This document shows, in pieces, positions 12,083 to 25,343 of a stretch of DNA of 64,000 nucleotides. The position numbers and the translations under genes are program-made. The stretch lies in NCBI GenBank assembly GCA_010356995.1, contig ML996701.1, positions 302,963 to 366,962 on the forward strand, given 5' to 3'. Below the pieces are notes generated by a model. It was given only the letters and a program-made list of their open reading frames with translations. It was not told where the DNA came from and did no database searches. The stretch comes from Trichodelitschia bisporula (lineage: Eukaryota). Numbering within the stretch: the stretch's first letter is position 1; every line of letters starts with the position of its first letter.

Positions 12083-13602
12083 CACGGAAGATAGGAACAA
12101 CAGAAGGGATCGGTGTCGATGTGCAACGCTCAAACAGAGAGAAGTTTACGGAGTAATGAGAGCCGTGATGAAGACAGAATGAACGAAAGCTGGAGGTTTG
12201 CCTGCTGGCAGCTTGATGACGCGAGGACAGGGCGCGCCTCGGAAGCTGCAAGCTGCGGAGGCTGGTGGCAGGGGTTCAAGGGTCTGATGCGGGGTGCCGC
12301 AAGCCTTCCCGCCCCCATCAACATCGTGCCTGTTTCTAGCCGTTTAAGGAGAAGCGTGCCGATAAAGTTGTGACCCATCCCCACGCACAGACTCGGAGAC
12401 TTTGGAGCCATAACTTTTTGAAGTACTGAAGAAGTCAACGAGATCTCGCGGATTTTTCCAGTATTTGGGTACATTCAAAGGCGTCCAGGTCTCAGTCTAC
12501 TAGAACCGGGAGCACATGGCTAAATCTCCTGTGCCCTCAGTTTGTTGAAGTCGGGTGCTTCGTCGTCGTCGTTCGCCTAAAATGGCCTGCGAAGATCTGA
12601 TATCAGACTTTACTCTTCGCATCCAAGCCTCTAAAGGGCAAGCTGCAGCTTAACCCGGATGACGACATCCTGTAGACAGTTTATAGAGTGCTCGGGTAGC
12701 TGGAAGCGTATGCTTCGTAGTGGTTTCTTTATCTCATATTCAAAGGCGGTAGTTAACAAGGCTGAAGATATTCCTCAATGGACAACCTTCCAGCATATAC
12801 CACCGATGCTCACAAATCTAACTCGAGCCTGCATTGCGGTTTCCAAGACGACCTTCGTTTTCCCGTTTGAAGCATGACCCTTTGAGGAAAAAGTTGAACC
12901 CATCAATGCTCAATGCGACGTGCCGGACATATGTACGGCGATTCGGGCCGCATCAAAAGACGAAAGAAGTCGGGACGACGAGAATATGGAAGGTCATACT
13001 CTATGGGAGCAGTGCGGCTCTCTGGCGGACTCCCGAAAGACTGATAGCAAGGGCCGAGGAGCTGGAGCTTCTATCGGGGAAGGCCAAATTTTCTACACCC
13101 GAAAACCAGGCTAACTCTGACCATGCTCAAAGCGGCCGCATCAGGAGCAGGCCAACGGCTGGGTTGAGACCCTGGACGTATATCCTTTTAGTAGGGGTTA
13201 AGACCCTAATGAGCAAGCCTTACTGGGGAGTTGTCGTCTACTTTGACAGTGTTCGGAAGGTCTGGTATCGCGCAGGCAAATCTGATACGAAATCCCCCCC
13301 GATTTTGAAGAATCCAGATTCAGCAGATGGAATATTCCTTGATTGCAGTTTGATATCAACAAACATTTCAGCAAGGCGTACATGGCATTATGATCGTTCT
13401 CGCCTCGTATTGCTCTGTACTGTACTACCAGCAGGACTGATACAAATGTTGTGGGGTTCGAAACCTGGCCCGATTAGGAAAGAGTCAAGAGCTGTCAAAT
13501 CAATCTACAACCAAAACCACAACGCAAGATGCTCCCCAGACAAGATTCATATCCGAAGCCGTCAATCAGCAACCTCAATCCAATTAGCCAATCCCCGGAA
13601 CC

Positions 13603-14694
13603 CTACAACAACATCGCCAAACCCAACGGGACAGCAAGAGCCACGGCAACGAGGACAAGCACTCCCCGCTCAATACCGCCGCTCGTCCTCTGCCCCGCCG
13701 ACGCATTCCCACTACCCCCAAGCGGCGTAACCGTGGGCAGCTTGGAGCCAGACGCCGTTTTACTAGGGATCGATGGCGCACCCGAGAGGCGCGTGGCCGC
13801 ATACGGCCCATCAGAAGTAATCGTCTGAATCTTGTTGACGAACGAGCTGGCCGCGTCAGCCGAGTTGGTCGCAAAGGCCGAGATGATGGTATGGGTAGAA
13901 ACGGTCGTGGAAGTCACTGTCGAGGCCTCGATCCTTATGTCGTAGGTGTAGTAGTAAGAGTAGTAAAACCTGAGGGGTTAGCCGCTGTGCGAGAGTGGAG
14001 GTGAAGAATATCTACCAGGTGAGCGTGTAGTAGTAGTACTTGAGCGTCGGGGTGTCATCGTCATTCGTGAAAGGCGTCGGGGACGGCACCTTAGGCGTAG
14101 TCGTCGTGCCCCCCGCCGTCGGGTTCACAACGGTTCCGCCGCCGGACCCGCCGCCTCCACCGCCCAGGGGACTGCATTTGAAGCCTGCGGTGCAAGAGTA
14201 GCCGTTCGGGCAGCAACCGCCGTCGGTGCAGCAGTAGTTCCCCTAGAGCTGGGTAAGCAATGCTGACCAGAAATTTCACGAGCGGGTAACGAACAGAGTT
14301 GCAATAGGACCCGCTACTACAGCAGGTGGCCGCAAGCGGCGCACAACCTGAGTTGCCTGTTTGAGAATGTCAGTCTTGTCGCGACGAGGTTGTCTTGCGC
14401 AAGGTATCCGTACCGCAGCATTTCTTGTCGCTGGTGCAATAGCCGGTCGTACAGCACACGCTCGAGCTGCTGGGAGCGCACACCCCGTTGGGGCAGGTAT
14501 CTAATGGTATTAGTCCTGAGCAGAGCGTGACAGAGCAGTAACATACAGTTCGCGCACTGGCGGCGGAGCAGATTCCTCAACGAGCGCGGATTAACCGACG
14601 TTCCCTGGACCTCGCTAGCCTGCTTCACGCGATCGATATCTTGCGCAAACGCAGCAGTGGCTAGCAAGAGCCAAATATTAAGTTGGAGCTTCAT
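13603..14694 (-). CDS. Secreted Cys-rich, probably GPI-anchored cell-surface protein (5 exons)
   Basis: Signal peptide MKLQLNIWLLLATAAFA, dibasic RR site, ~18 Cys in CC/CxxxxC clusters, YYYYTLTWFYYSYYYTY motif, Ser/Thr-rich stalk, hydrophobic C-terminus; four canonical introns join in frame. Confidence 0.85.
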
Positions 14695-16179
14695 GGTGAT
14701 TCGGATATTATATTGAAAGTTGCTCTGAACCCCAGGGGCAAGGCTGTGGTCTAAGTATTCCCATGCTCCCCCCCACAACGCCGCGGGCCTCCCCACAGAA
14801 ACGCTGCATCGCCCGTTGGCAAGGCTGAATGCAATTGTGATTTCCTCGCGTTCCTCCTTTTCCTGCTAGGATCATGGTCGGCCATTCGTATTGGACCGCA
14901 GCAACTGGCAAATGACGCAGCCACCGCCAAGAGGAGGCTGCAGCGACATCTCCTTGGTACGAGCACAACATTGCATCGGTAATATCTAGATGTTGAGTAT
15001 CGTGTACTACTGACCGCCAGCATGAAAAGCGAAAAAATCGCGCCTAGATGTGCAATAGATAACGTCGTCTTGAAGAAAGCGAGCCTGAAACCGAGGAATC
15101 GCATTACCCGTTGGCCGGCGCTTTAACTCTCTCTGTCAATCACTTCGTATTCCATCGGAGAATGAGCTTGGCTCGTGTTGATGCAGGGCGTAAACGGCCA
15201 TGTACTCGGCCGCAAAAGCAAAGTCAACAAAGATTCAAATTATCAAAGCAGCCTCACATGGTATATTGCAGGAGCTTCTGGTGTTGAAACATGAGTCGGC
15301 ACACGAAAGGATCTCGTTGCCTGAAGGCGTCGTGCCACGACCTCGATCGTGAAAGCCTCGAGCTTGGCAGGGAGATAGTGATGGTCTATTCATAGCTCTC
15401 CAGTGACATCCGGCTTTGACCAGCCACGGGTATCACAGCGTCCTGTCCTTGCGGCTCGGCTTGATCCTATCAGAGATTGGAATGGCTGCGAGTACAATGG
15501 GAAATGGCCAAGACCGGGAAACAAGTCCGGCCGTTGGTCTGGGCCTGACGCCCGTCATCGGAGCGTGGTTAACGGTCACTCAGGAGAGTTGCAATGTTTT
15601 GGATGAGGGGGGAAATCTTCGTGCTTAATAGACGGAGCTTGAATATGTGTGGGGCTAGACATTGCGCGAGGCTTGATATCCTTTGGATTGACAATCCGAA
15701 AAGCAGGAGCTGCTTTCCTCGAGATCGAGAAGGCAGGAATAGAGCTTTCTGTATCGAAACCAGAAGAAGCACCATGACGCTAGGAATCGGTCACTAGAGG
15801 CATCATCGGTTAGAACGGAGTTCTAGAGACACGGGGCTGCCGAATGGACGGCTGTAGCTGCATTCAGCATTGGTCAGAATCAAAAGAATTACCAGGGAAT
15901 TGGAAGTCGCCCAGAGTTGCCAGGCAGTTCAGAAACTTTCTCAACCACCCTCATCTCATAATGCAATTACGATGCTATTCAATCCTCCCAGGGCCAATCG
16001 CTACAAACGCCGCGGTGTTGTACAGATATCTCGGCGCACGCTCTGACTCGTCTATATGTAGTATCGTTGGTTCTGTGTCGCGGACCAGTCAGGCTAGAGT
16101 TGCACTCTAGCGGGTGGATTAACCAGAGAGCTGTGGAACAACACATCGCCTTTAATCACCATGTCTACTTGGTGCCGGT

Positions 16180-17222
16180 TTAGAAGCAGAAGACCTGATC
16201 CTCGAGCTTGCTGACGGCCTTGGCCTTTTGGAAACCCAGAGACTCGGTCGCCTTCTTCATAGCAGAGATCATCGGCGGCGGCCCGCAGAGCAGAAGCTTC
16301 ATATCCGAAGCCGGCGTGGGGAGTCTCTCCTAGAGTACATGTCAGCACATCTCTGCCGCGACCACGTAAGGCATACCTTGATCATATCCGCCGTCACGAA
16401 GCCAACGCCACCGGTCCAGCCCACGGGGGGGTTATTCAGGACATAGTAGACGCGGAACTTCGGGTCATCCTTGGCCAGCTGGTCCAGATCCTCCTTCAGC
16501 AGAATGTCCTCGGGATTCACGTTCGCAAAGATGAGGTCGATCTCTGTGCGGTCACCCTCCTCGCGGCCGCGCACGATCGCGCGGATGATCTGCAGCATGG
16601 GAGTGATACCGGTTCCACCGGCGATCATGCCGAGGCAACGCACCATGTTGGGCGTATACACCATGGCACCGCGCGGGCCCTTGATCTTCATGGTATCCCC
16701 GATGCGAAGCTGCGCGACGTGCTTGCTGATGTTGCCAGTAGGGTACGACTTAATGAGCAGGTCGATGTAGCCGGGAGTTTCATCGGACGAGATGGGTGTG
16801 TACGAGCGGGTCACCTCCTTGCCGTTGATCGTGGCATTGAGTGAGATGTGCTGGCCGATAGGGAGGCCCAGAATGTCGGTCGGGTTCGGGAGGGAGAAGC
16901 GGTAGCTGGAATGTTAGCGGAATACATGACACCTAGGAGAACCATACATTGCGGTATTGTGCGACAGAATGGTCTTCTCCTTGAGAGGGAACTCCTGGAA
17001 TTCACCAGGCTTCAGAACCGAGCGCACACCTGCACTGTTAGCAGTGTCTCCAGCGTGCAGAGCTGTGTGCTTACGGTTGATGTACACTTTCCACGATCCC
17101 AGAGCCACCGCAACGGCCACCGCGTATGGCAGCCATTCACTCTTGATGATGTATATGCCGAAGATCAGGAGCGCCGAAGGGATGTATATGCCCTGGACGT
17201 ACTGGGTTGCGAGAAACGACAT
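16180..17222 (-). CDS. CBR1: NADH-cytochrome b5 reductase 1
   Basis: N-terminal TM anchor, [16 protein letters not shown] motif, [15 protein letters not shown]-terminus DQVFCF*; 3 introns. Confidence 0.96.
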
Positions 17223-17788
17223 GGCGAATGGAGGACCCTGTTGGGTTGCGACAGGTGTTCGGGGGTGAACTTAGGGACCTGTTCTCGGTAATGATGAGGC
17301 CTCAATTGCACTTAGGTCGTGACGGTTTCTAGGAAAAGGATACGGATGTACACGGGTGGTGCCGGAACTTAAAGAATAATGGAGGCGCAAGGTGTCGTGT
17401 TGGACGTTGGGAAAATGGCGTCAAGCTACCCGTGGCGCCTCTCGCAGCTTTTTACTTCCCGAATCGCGCAACAAATCCGAGCGCGACTCTCTTATCGATA
17501 AGAACGGCCAACAGAACAACGGTCAACAACAACGTTGCAGTCATCCCGGTTGGTTATTCTTCTTCAAGAAGATAACGTATGTAGCAATCTACGATACTCG
17601 TATTATCATACTGCAGCCCTGATCGGGTCCTCGTCGAAATCATGGTACACTATTTAAGGTGAAGTCTGCCTAAATGTAGAGTGTACGTATGCCACCCCTC
17701 GAGGACCTTGTATAAAAACGCCCCGACTTTCTAGTTCTACAGTACCTCCAAGTTCCTCGCTTTCTTATCTGAAGAATCGGCCATTTCG

Positions 17789-18494
17789 ATGTCGCCTGTC
17801 CAGCGTCTAAAAATGGAAAAGAGCATCATCAACGATGTTCCCTTTGAACGCACCGACCGAGAGAAGAAGATTCTCTCCCAAACGGACGAGGAATACCATT
17901 TCCTGACATGGGATGACCTCAAGTCCATCATCGGTACTCTTTACCCACCTATTAGAGAGCGCCGACTGAATAACCCTAGCCAATAATGATCTGGACCTTT
18001 TGACCCGTCTTCCATCGCAACTGTGTGCGTACATGGAATGGGGAGCCGCCATGAAGCAGGAGTACGGGAGCATGACCAACCACCTTCTGAAAACCCGTCT
18101 CCATTGGGAGCCACTCCCTCCAGCATCGCCGTCAGATCCTCCCGTCTTCAACGTCCGTGATCCAACGCCTTTTCGGCACAGAGATGACTACCTGATCCTT
18201 CGAAATAACTGGCCGTACGGCCTCGCTCCCGGCATCAAGCATCTGGTAATATGGCTGAAGCCACGACTGCCGGTAGATGAAGAGATAGGTGCGATTACGG
18301 AGGAGGGACGAAAAATGGTGGAAGACTTTCTTGCTCGGGAGGTGATCGCTAAACTGGGTATAAAGGGGCAGGACCGGATACTCTGGTTCAAGAACTGGAC
18401 GGTTAGGCAGTCCATCCGGGGCGTTGAACATGTGCATTTGCTGCTGCGGGATGTTGATGAAGCAAATTTGGCGGTCATATTAGATGAGAAATGA
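17789..18494 (+). CDS. DUF3605 / N-acetylglucosamine-induced protein 1 (GIG1)-like
   Basis: LTWDDLKSII..N.LDLLTR, LRNNWPYG, HLVIWLK, WFKNW..QSIRGVEHVH motifs; one intron at ~17934-17979. Confidence 0.85.
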
Positions 18495-18664
18495 ACATAA
18501 AGGTATGCTAGATGGCTCTTGCATAAGCATTCATTGAAGTTGTCCTAATCTAAGGTTTGGCTAAAAAAACGGGTCTCAACATAATGATGACCCGATCCAA
18601 ACATCGCAAACTCCATCGAGGGTATCGACCTCAAAGCACCGACGTATAACCTCTCTTTCTGTTC

Positions 18665-20044
18665 TTACACGCACAAAGCAACCATCAGATTCCGGTAGTC
18701 GCCGCTGGTCTCACCCTTGATCCTCGCCGGCAGGTCCTTGCTGTAGAACTTCTTGTATGCAAGCCCAACTTGGTGCATGTGGGCCCGATTCCAGTGAGCC
18801 CTCACCATCCGGGTGACGAGAAGCTGATCCTTGGTACCCAAGCCCTTCATGCTCTCCTCAAGTTGGTCCGCATCACTCTTAATGGGGTCGACTGCGCGAG
18901 CCAGCATCAGCCGCAACGCATCCCTCATATGTCCGCTGAACTCCTTCTTTAGCACGTCGTCCAACAACTTCCGATACTTCTCCTTGTACCGCAAGTTGAT
19001 GGCGCGCAGCATGCCGTTCGACGAGAATGCGAAGACCTGGCTGACTACGTCCTGGTTTGCGCCAAACTTTGTGCCCTCGGTGGCTTGCTGCAAGCGGTCC
19101 ACATCCCGCTCGACCTCATGCGGCAGCACCGGTGCAGATTCCTCCGCACGCCGCACCTCGAGCACGTACTCGAACAGACGTTCTGTCTTCAGCGACAAGT
19201 CCTCCTTCACCTCGCGCGCCATGTCTTTCCCGAATACTTGAGTGTAGCAGTTCTTAATGGCGCGCATGTCGGCATTCGTCCGGCCCAGAAGGACGTCGTT
19301 GAGGATAGCCTCTTTTGTCCCCAGGCCCCGGATCGAAAAGTCTACAAGATACGCGTCCTGAAGCAGAGGTCCACGTGCCAGCGCTAGCAATCCATCGCGG
19401 AAGTATCCGCTCGTCTCCTTCTCAAGATCTTTGATAAGCGAGCGTCGGAAGCGGTCATCATAGGTGTGACGCAGCTTGAGCATGTGTGGCGCATCGGGTA
19501 CGGCGGCGAGCACCTGAATCAGCTTCGCCTCGTTGGTGCCGAAACCCTTCATTGCGTCGCGCAGATCTGCGGCCTGGGCGTTCATATCGGTCATGGGGAG
19601 AGCTTGAGGATCGTAACCCGGGGAGGGAGGGAGCGGTGGCCCGCCGTACGGCGCACCCATTGGGGGACCGCCCATCGGAGGCGCACCGTATTGTCCCTGG
19701 GGAGGGCCTTGAGGTGGATATCCTCCTGGAGCGGCATTGTAGGGCGGCTGTCCGGGGTATGGCTGCTGTTGCGGGGGATAGCCTCCTTGCGGAGGATAGC
19801 CGCCTTGCGGAGGATACTGCTGAGGTGGGGCGCCGTGCGGTGCCTGTTGGGGAGGATATGGGGATGTTGACTGCGATGGGTAGCCGCCTTGCGGAGGATA
19901 GCCTCCTTGTGGAGGATAACCGCCTTGCTGAGGATATTGCTGATAGCCTTGACCGTAAGGTGGCTCTGTCAAATCGTTAGTATGTGCTGAGGACCTCGCG
20001 GTTCGCTTCCACTTACGGCCCTGATGCGGCGGATAGTAGGACAT
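18665..20044 (-). CDS. Annexin (A7/ANXC-like) with GYPPQ-repeat N-terminus
   Basis: Annexin repeats [30 protein letters not shown]; long G/Y/P/Q-rich head; 51-nt intron 20016-19966. Confidence 0.96.
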   Translation of the reverse strand: MSYYPPHQGRKWKRTARSSAHTNDLTEPPYGQGYQQYPQQGGYPPQGGYPPQGGYPSQSTSPYPPQQAPHGAPPQQYPPQGGYPPQGGYPPQQQPYPGQPPYNAAPGGYPPQGPPQGQYGAPPMGGPPMGAPYGGPPLPPSPGYDPQALPMTDMNAQAADLRDAMKGFGTNEAKLIQVLAAVPDAPHMLKLRHTYDDRFRRSLIKDLEKETSGYFRDGLLALARGPLLQDAYLVDFSIRGLGTKEAILNDVLLGRTNADMRAIKNCYTQVFGKDMAREVKEDLSLKTERLFEYVLEVRRAEESAPVLPHEVERDVDRLQQATEGTKFGANQDVVSQVFAFSSNGMLRAINLRYKEKYRKLLDDVLKKEFSGHMRDALRLMLARAVDPIKSDADQLEESMKGLGTKDQLLVTRMVRAHWNRAHMHQVGLAYKKFYSKDLPARIKGETSGDYRNLMVALCV

Positions 20045-20173
20045 TATGTTCTGGATAGGATAAGAACTCGACGTCGTAATATGGCCAATTGGCAATGCTA
20101 TGCAGCGCTTTCAAAAGCTGTAAATCTTTTAGGACAAGCTAGGTCTTATAAAATATGTGAGGGGCGCGGAGAT

Positions 20174-20616
20174 GGCTGTGGAGGGGCAAGGGTGTACCTC
20201 CTGACGTGATGGAAGGGGCTGTGCGGGGTTACGTCAACCCTATCGCACCTTAGGACGATGACACAGCCTCACGTCGGATATGGACGCCGAGGCACTTCGA
20301 GCTTGGAAGGATGCGTGCTAAGTGTTTAGTTACATATATACTCCGTATCCGACTCGGCGCACTTCGCCAGCATTCTTGATTCCTCGTTCCGGAGACCCGA
20401 GCGGCATGCGAAGTCGGAAAATGGTGGATACAGACCGCCTTCAACGAGGCTGCGTCGTTTTCAGGGCACTGTAGGATCAAGATGAGATTTCTCAGTGGGC
20501 TCGTTGTTCACGGAATCGAACCGGCCGCGTCGGCGCGTACCGAAGAGTTTGACGAAGGGAGCGCTGATCTTTAGAACTAGGCGGCGATGGCGGGGAGCTT
20601 TGACGAGCACAGCCAC
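20174..20616. promoter_or_regulatory. Cluster of CACAGCC/GAGGCTG (Crz1/CDRE-like) motifs upstream of annexin
   Basis: GGCTGTG at 20174 and 20217, CACAGCC at 20262 and 20608, GAGGCTG at 20446. Confidence 0.55.
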
Positions 20617-21907
20617 ACCCCATCTTGATGACTGGCCGATAGCCACAAAAGCTGACCCCAACCATCGTCCGAGAGACCTGGGACCTTGGGCCGCAACTAC
20701 TGCGTACATACTGTAGGCTTACCGCTGTGGTTCACCGGACCGCCCAAAGATTTGGGCAATGGAGATGAGACGGTGATACCAACCCAACGGAAGACGGATG
20801 AAGCGCGACCGAACTGAAGCAAAACTCCGCGGTGGAAATCCGGCACGAGGCTTTGCCACTATCCTAAAACACCATCGTCACTTGCGTCGTCACCAGGCAG
20901 GCCACACTCTCCTACCAATCTCCAAGTCATTACGTATATCGAACATGCGGCTCTGTAATCAGAATGAAGTTCTGCTCGCTCAACCGGACACCACAACAAC
21001 AATCGCAGGACACAACGATCAGTAACGAATCACTCACTCCGGAAATTGCAACACATATCGTACACCAAACCCCTAAATCAGTAAACTCGCGTTCGAACAA
21101 CAACAAGCTTCTCAAGGTCCAGAGTTCTGCCACGCGTCGCGATTCTGGCCACAAGCCCAACGTTCGGTCCTTGTACACCCGTCGGTCATGACCTTGTCAC
21201 ACACAATCGTCTTCTAGTGTCTAGTAGGGAACGTGGGCTTTGTTAAGAGACGCGATAACGTCTGATTTTGCTAGGAAGCAACATCTGGAAACTCGGTCAA
21301 TTCAAGCCGCTGGAAGTGCAAAGCAGGACCTTACCACTTCCATGATGACGCCCCTGAGATTGTACAGGCGTAGGTGAAATGAAGTTGTCCCCCAACGTAC
21401 CATGCTGCTGGATATCCTCCTGCATACAACGGTTCTGGAAATGCTAGCCTTCGGCCATCGACATGAGCTGGATTCCGATTAAACCAAGCTCTCTTTGAAA
21501 CTCCGGCTTGGAAATGGCCCATCGCATCTTTCACTACTCGTACATCTGATCTTAACCTTTTCTCGCCATCTTCGTGCTAACCTGGGCGGCCTTTTTTGAA
21601 GTCCAATCCTGCCCGGCTTCTAGACTGGTACATTCGCGGCCGACCCTAACTGCGGGTACCGGGACCCCACATTGAACCACGGATATGCGCAGCTCTCCTA
21701 TCACAGACCCACAGGTAATGGCCTTCCATTTCAGATCGACCGCTGGCCGAGTCCAGTTCCCATAGTAGATACCCTGTTACCATCATGTATCGGGCACTAA
21801 TGCTACCGACTCAACAGCAAAGAACCCCCGAGTCCACAGCGTCGATTGCTCACTCAAGCTCATGATTGAACTCACACAACCTGCCACCAGTCCTGGATAG
21901 CTGCAAC

Positions 21908-23026
21908 ATGCGAGATATCAAGGTCCCCCTTCGGGTTGTCCAAAATGCCTTCTGCGTTATCTCGCTACTGTGCGCTGCCGTTACTGCATGCCACCCCCAA
22001 TATGAGTTGCCGGGCTTTGGCCACGACAAGCACTTCCTTTACTACCTTCCAACAGTAAGTAGATGGACAATGGCTCTCGCAAAGGTTGCTAATTCCGAGA
22101 ACTAGATGGTTGCCACCATAATATGGAATCTCGTGAACATCGGATACGTTATGACGAAGCGGTTCATGCCGTGCGTCGCCAACGCTATCCTCCATTTCAT
22201 CCTTATCTGCTCCACAGCATTGGTCGGGAGTGTCTTCGGCTACGCAACTGTCCAGTCGTATAGCAAGCTCAGGACCGACATGTATGCCGTCCAGGCCGAA
22301 GGTGCCCACAATGTCAAGGCCACGAATGGCACGAAAATCTGGGTGACCCCTGAAAACATTGCCACCTGTCCGGCATTTACATCTTGTGCCGCGCAACAGC
22401 GATGGGAGACGCTGGCGCACCGTCGGATAAAGGCTGACCTTGTCGGATATGCTTTTGTCGGTGCCGTTTGGTATGCCCCAGCCAAACTGTGACCGTCTCG
22501 TGGGTGCTAATATTGCAGCATAATCCACATCATCTTCTTCGCCTGGTTCTGCTACGATGGCCTCCTCAACTCTAAACGCCGCCGCTCATTCCAAATCTCG
22601 TCCCAGATCTCGTCCCCATCCTCTTCTCAACAGGGTCAATCCACATATCCCCGGTTCCCCAAAATCATCAAGACGCGGCGCATCGGTGGGAAGGACGTCG
22701 TGATCTCCGAGCCGGTGCTCATATCCTCGCCGTGGACCACATCGCAGCACTCTCTCGCAGCCAGTGATATGTTCAAGGTGGAAGACGACAGCGACCGCGA
22801 CATCGGCGTGTTTGAGCACAGCGACCACAACGGGCGTTTCTGTCCGCAGATACGGGACTTCGGGCATGAGAATGGGCCCGTTACTGCGGCGGCGGGGCCG
22901 ATGGTGTCGAGGAACCCCATGCGCTCGTACTTGCCAGCTGCGCCGCGGAGAAGTAGGGCGAGTAGGGGGTACAGTTTGCTCGGAGCATTTCCGATGCCGC
23001 CGCGGTCACCTCGTCCTGCGATGTAG
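21908..23026 (+). CDS. Uncharacterised ~4-TM (MARVEL-like topology) membrane protein, 3 exons
   Basis: Two canonical introns (GTAAGT..GCTAAT..TAG and GTATGC..GCTAAT..CAG) join hydrophobic exons and a soluble Ser/Pro-rich tail in frame. Confidence 0.75.
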
Positions 23027-23374
23027 GGCGAGCTGGGGGTGGAGGGGGTTAACAGACGCGTAAGATGTGGAATGACTTAGATGAGGAGTTGGGCGGTATG
23101 GTTGGGTCTGGTGCGGCTTAGAGTCAGTATTCCGACGCCTATAGAACAGTAATAGTGGTTGCTTGGCTGATGAAGTGAAGAAAGCGCTGCTGCCTGGAGG
23201 TCTCAAGGAATGCTGATTCAAATCGCGCCGGGAGTTCGTCAGCCCTAGAGAGCTTGGGAGTTCTAATTGAAGTTCTCAATGCGGAAATCCCGCCATCTAA
23301 GAAGCGCCGGTGATGCAGAAGAGTTGTACTGAATTGAAAGGGTATGCAAAACGGTTCCCAACCACAGGCCCTTC

Positions 23375-23810
23375 CTATTTACCATTCATTGTCGGGATAT
23401 CGCCAAACGGATCATCTATCACCGTCCCAGTGCCCGCCGAGTCGATACATCCGCGCTTGCTGAACGCCTCAAACGAGCAAGCCTCCGAATCGGCACAGCT
23501 CGCCTCCATGCACTTCCTACACGCCGGCGCGCACTCCTTCCCGTACGTTGTGAACCCACCGCCCATGAAGTACGACAGCCGACAGATCTCGTAGCCCTGA
23601 ACCAATTGGCAGCAGCCGTCCGTACCGTTGTTGTTGAAGCAGCAGCCGCTGCACACGGTGTTGGGTGGTGGCGGGCCGGGGAAGGCTGGGCGGATGTCGG
23701 AAACCCAGGCATCTGCAAAGGGTCAGGATGAGGCGAAGGACGTGTGGGGGCAGCTTACTTGTGCTGAATATGCTGATGAGCCAGCAGAGCGCGATGAAGA
23801 GGGGCTTCAT
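23375..23810 (-). CDS. Small secreted cysteine-rich protein (~129 aa, 12 Cys in mature part)
   Basis: Signal peptide MKPLFIALCWLISIFSTNA across a GTAAGC..CTGAC..CAG intron, then CSGCC..GCC..C..C..C..C..C..C..C. Confidence 0.8.
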
Positions 23811-25343
23811 GGCGTGCGGTGAGGTGTCCGGTTGTCCGGAAGCGGAAGTCTTGTGGAAGGCTCAGCGACGGTGTGGATGGACGTCGGAAAGCAGAAACGA
23901 AGGGGCACTTTCAGCTAAGAAGGTTCTTCTTGGCCGTAGAAACAAGCTCGTGGAATCTGGGGAATAGTGAGGGGGCGCACAGCCGGGCTTCAAATGCTTG
24001 TGGCGAGATTGGACCTCTGGCGATCGGAGAAATAGGTATTAAGCTCCATGGAAATTTGACTATACGTCACTCGTGGTCTTCATTAGAATGTGGGCGTATG
24101 ATCTTGAGGAACCCGTCGCCCGGGGATTGTATATTAAACTACCCCGAGTCACAAGTTCATATATGCCCTCTACATGAGACATCAAGCCTCGCGTATCTGG
24201 AGACGGCACGACCTTCCTGATAAGGTGATGCTTGGTGGGGAGTGGCTTCGATCTGTTGATAACGGCTGATAGTACTCGTACGATTTTCCATTGAAGTCAT
24301 GATCTGGACTCTGGAACTCTGAAATGGACCTGGAAACTGTTGGCGGAGAGCCTTACGGCCGCGATTCTGGAATCTCAACCACGCGCAGCCCTGGTCGCTG
24401 ATACCACGCTTCCGGCTAGTTGGGCACTCAGGATAGAACACGAGAGAATCCCGAGCGATGGATGCGGCTGACACTTTCGGTCGATAGTAGAGCCAGGTAG
24501 TCGCGTGAGAACGAGGATAACAAAGCCGAATTGTTCATGGGTGAGTGCTGGCTTCGTAGACACGCCTGCTATCGGAGAATACAACCAAAGCTTCAATAAT
24601 AAGGTTCAATGACGTACCTATGCACAAGTTGGCCTTTTAGCGAGTGCCAAACCGGAGAAGAAGCAACTGAAAAGTCGAGCTCGTATTATCAAGACGATCT
24701 CCACTTCGAAGAAAGCCAAGATTGAAGCTTCCATGCAGCCTGATTGCTCACTGGTCGCCACGCGGAGGGGTTTTGAGAGCCAAGGGTGCTAGCGAACGCC
24801 TCCGGGGTAGTGCCGCCGTAAGGCATATTTTGTGACATCATCTACTGGGAGGAGAACGCTCCGCACCTTTGTGTGGAGAAAGGTCAAGCGAACCTTTGGT
24901 GATGATCCAACCAAATACAGTGATGGCGCCGGTGAGCTTGCTGCGCATGTGCCTCAGACCGGATGACGAGAAGGCTACCAATGCCATCTCTCGGCACTCG
25001 TCCGCAACTCTCATTCGATGGCCGTCGCGCGAGGCGCCACTTGAGATGATCAATGGTATGATTCAGCTTGCTAGATAATGGCCTTGCTTTGCAATGCTTG
25101 CGCTGGAGAGTCGCTCACCTGGTTCGCGGACAATCGAACGCTGCCTCATTCTGCTCAGAAAATCCGCTGGAAGGCTACGACTTAACGTTCAGGCTGAGAC
25201 ATTCGAGGATAAAAAAGTCGGCGAATAAGAGTCAGACTATTCCTTTCCAAAAGAGCCATCAACTTTTTGAAAAGGATTGAACGGTAGGCAATTGACGATA
25301 CTCAACTATCTTATGAAAGCATGGATCCTAACCATACTTCCAG

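Noticed and set aside
13452..13475. GGTTCGAAACC T-loop-like motif (tRNA?)
   Set aside because: No full 5-bp T stem, A box or acceptor stem could be built
12834..13730. 298-aa plus-strand ORF
   Set aside because: Non-ATG start, no recognisable domain, and it overlaps the 3' end of a real minus-strand gene; a faint FSKA..DRSRL resemblance to the hAT dimerisation motif is too weak to call
21151..21243. ~15-bp imperfect inverted repeat
   Set aside because: Short, needs gaps and does not extend convincingly
24350..24824. Two nested perfect 10-bp inverted pairs (24350/24824 and 24588/24730)
   Set aside because: Asymmetric spacing and only ~50% identity on extension; compatible with chance
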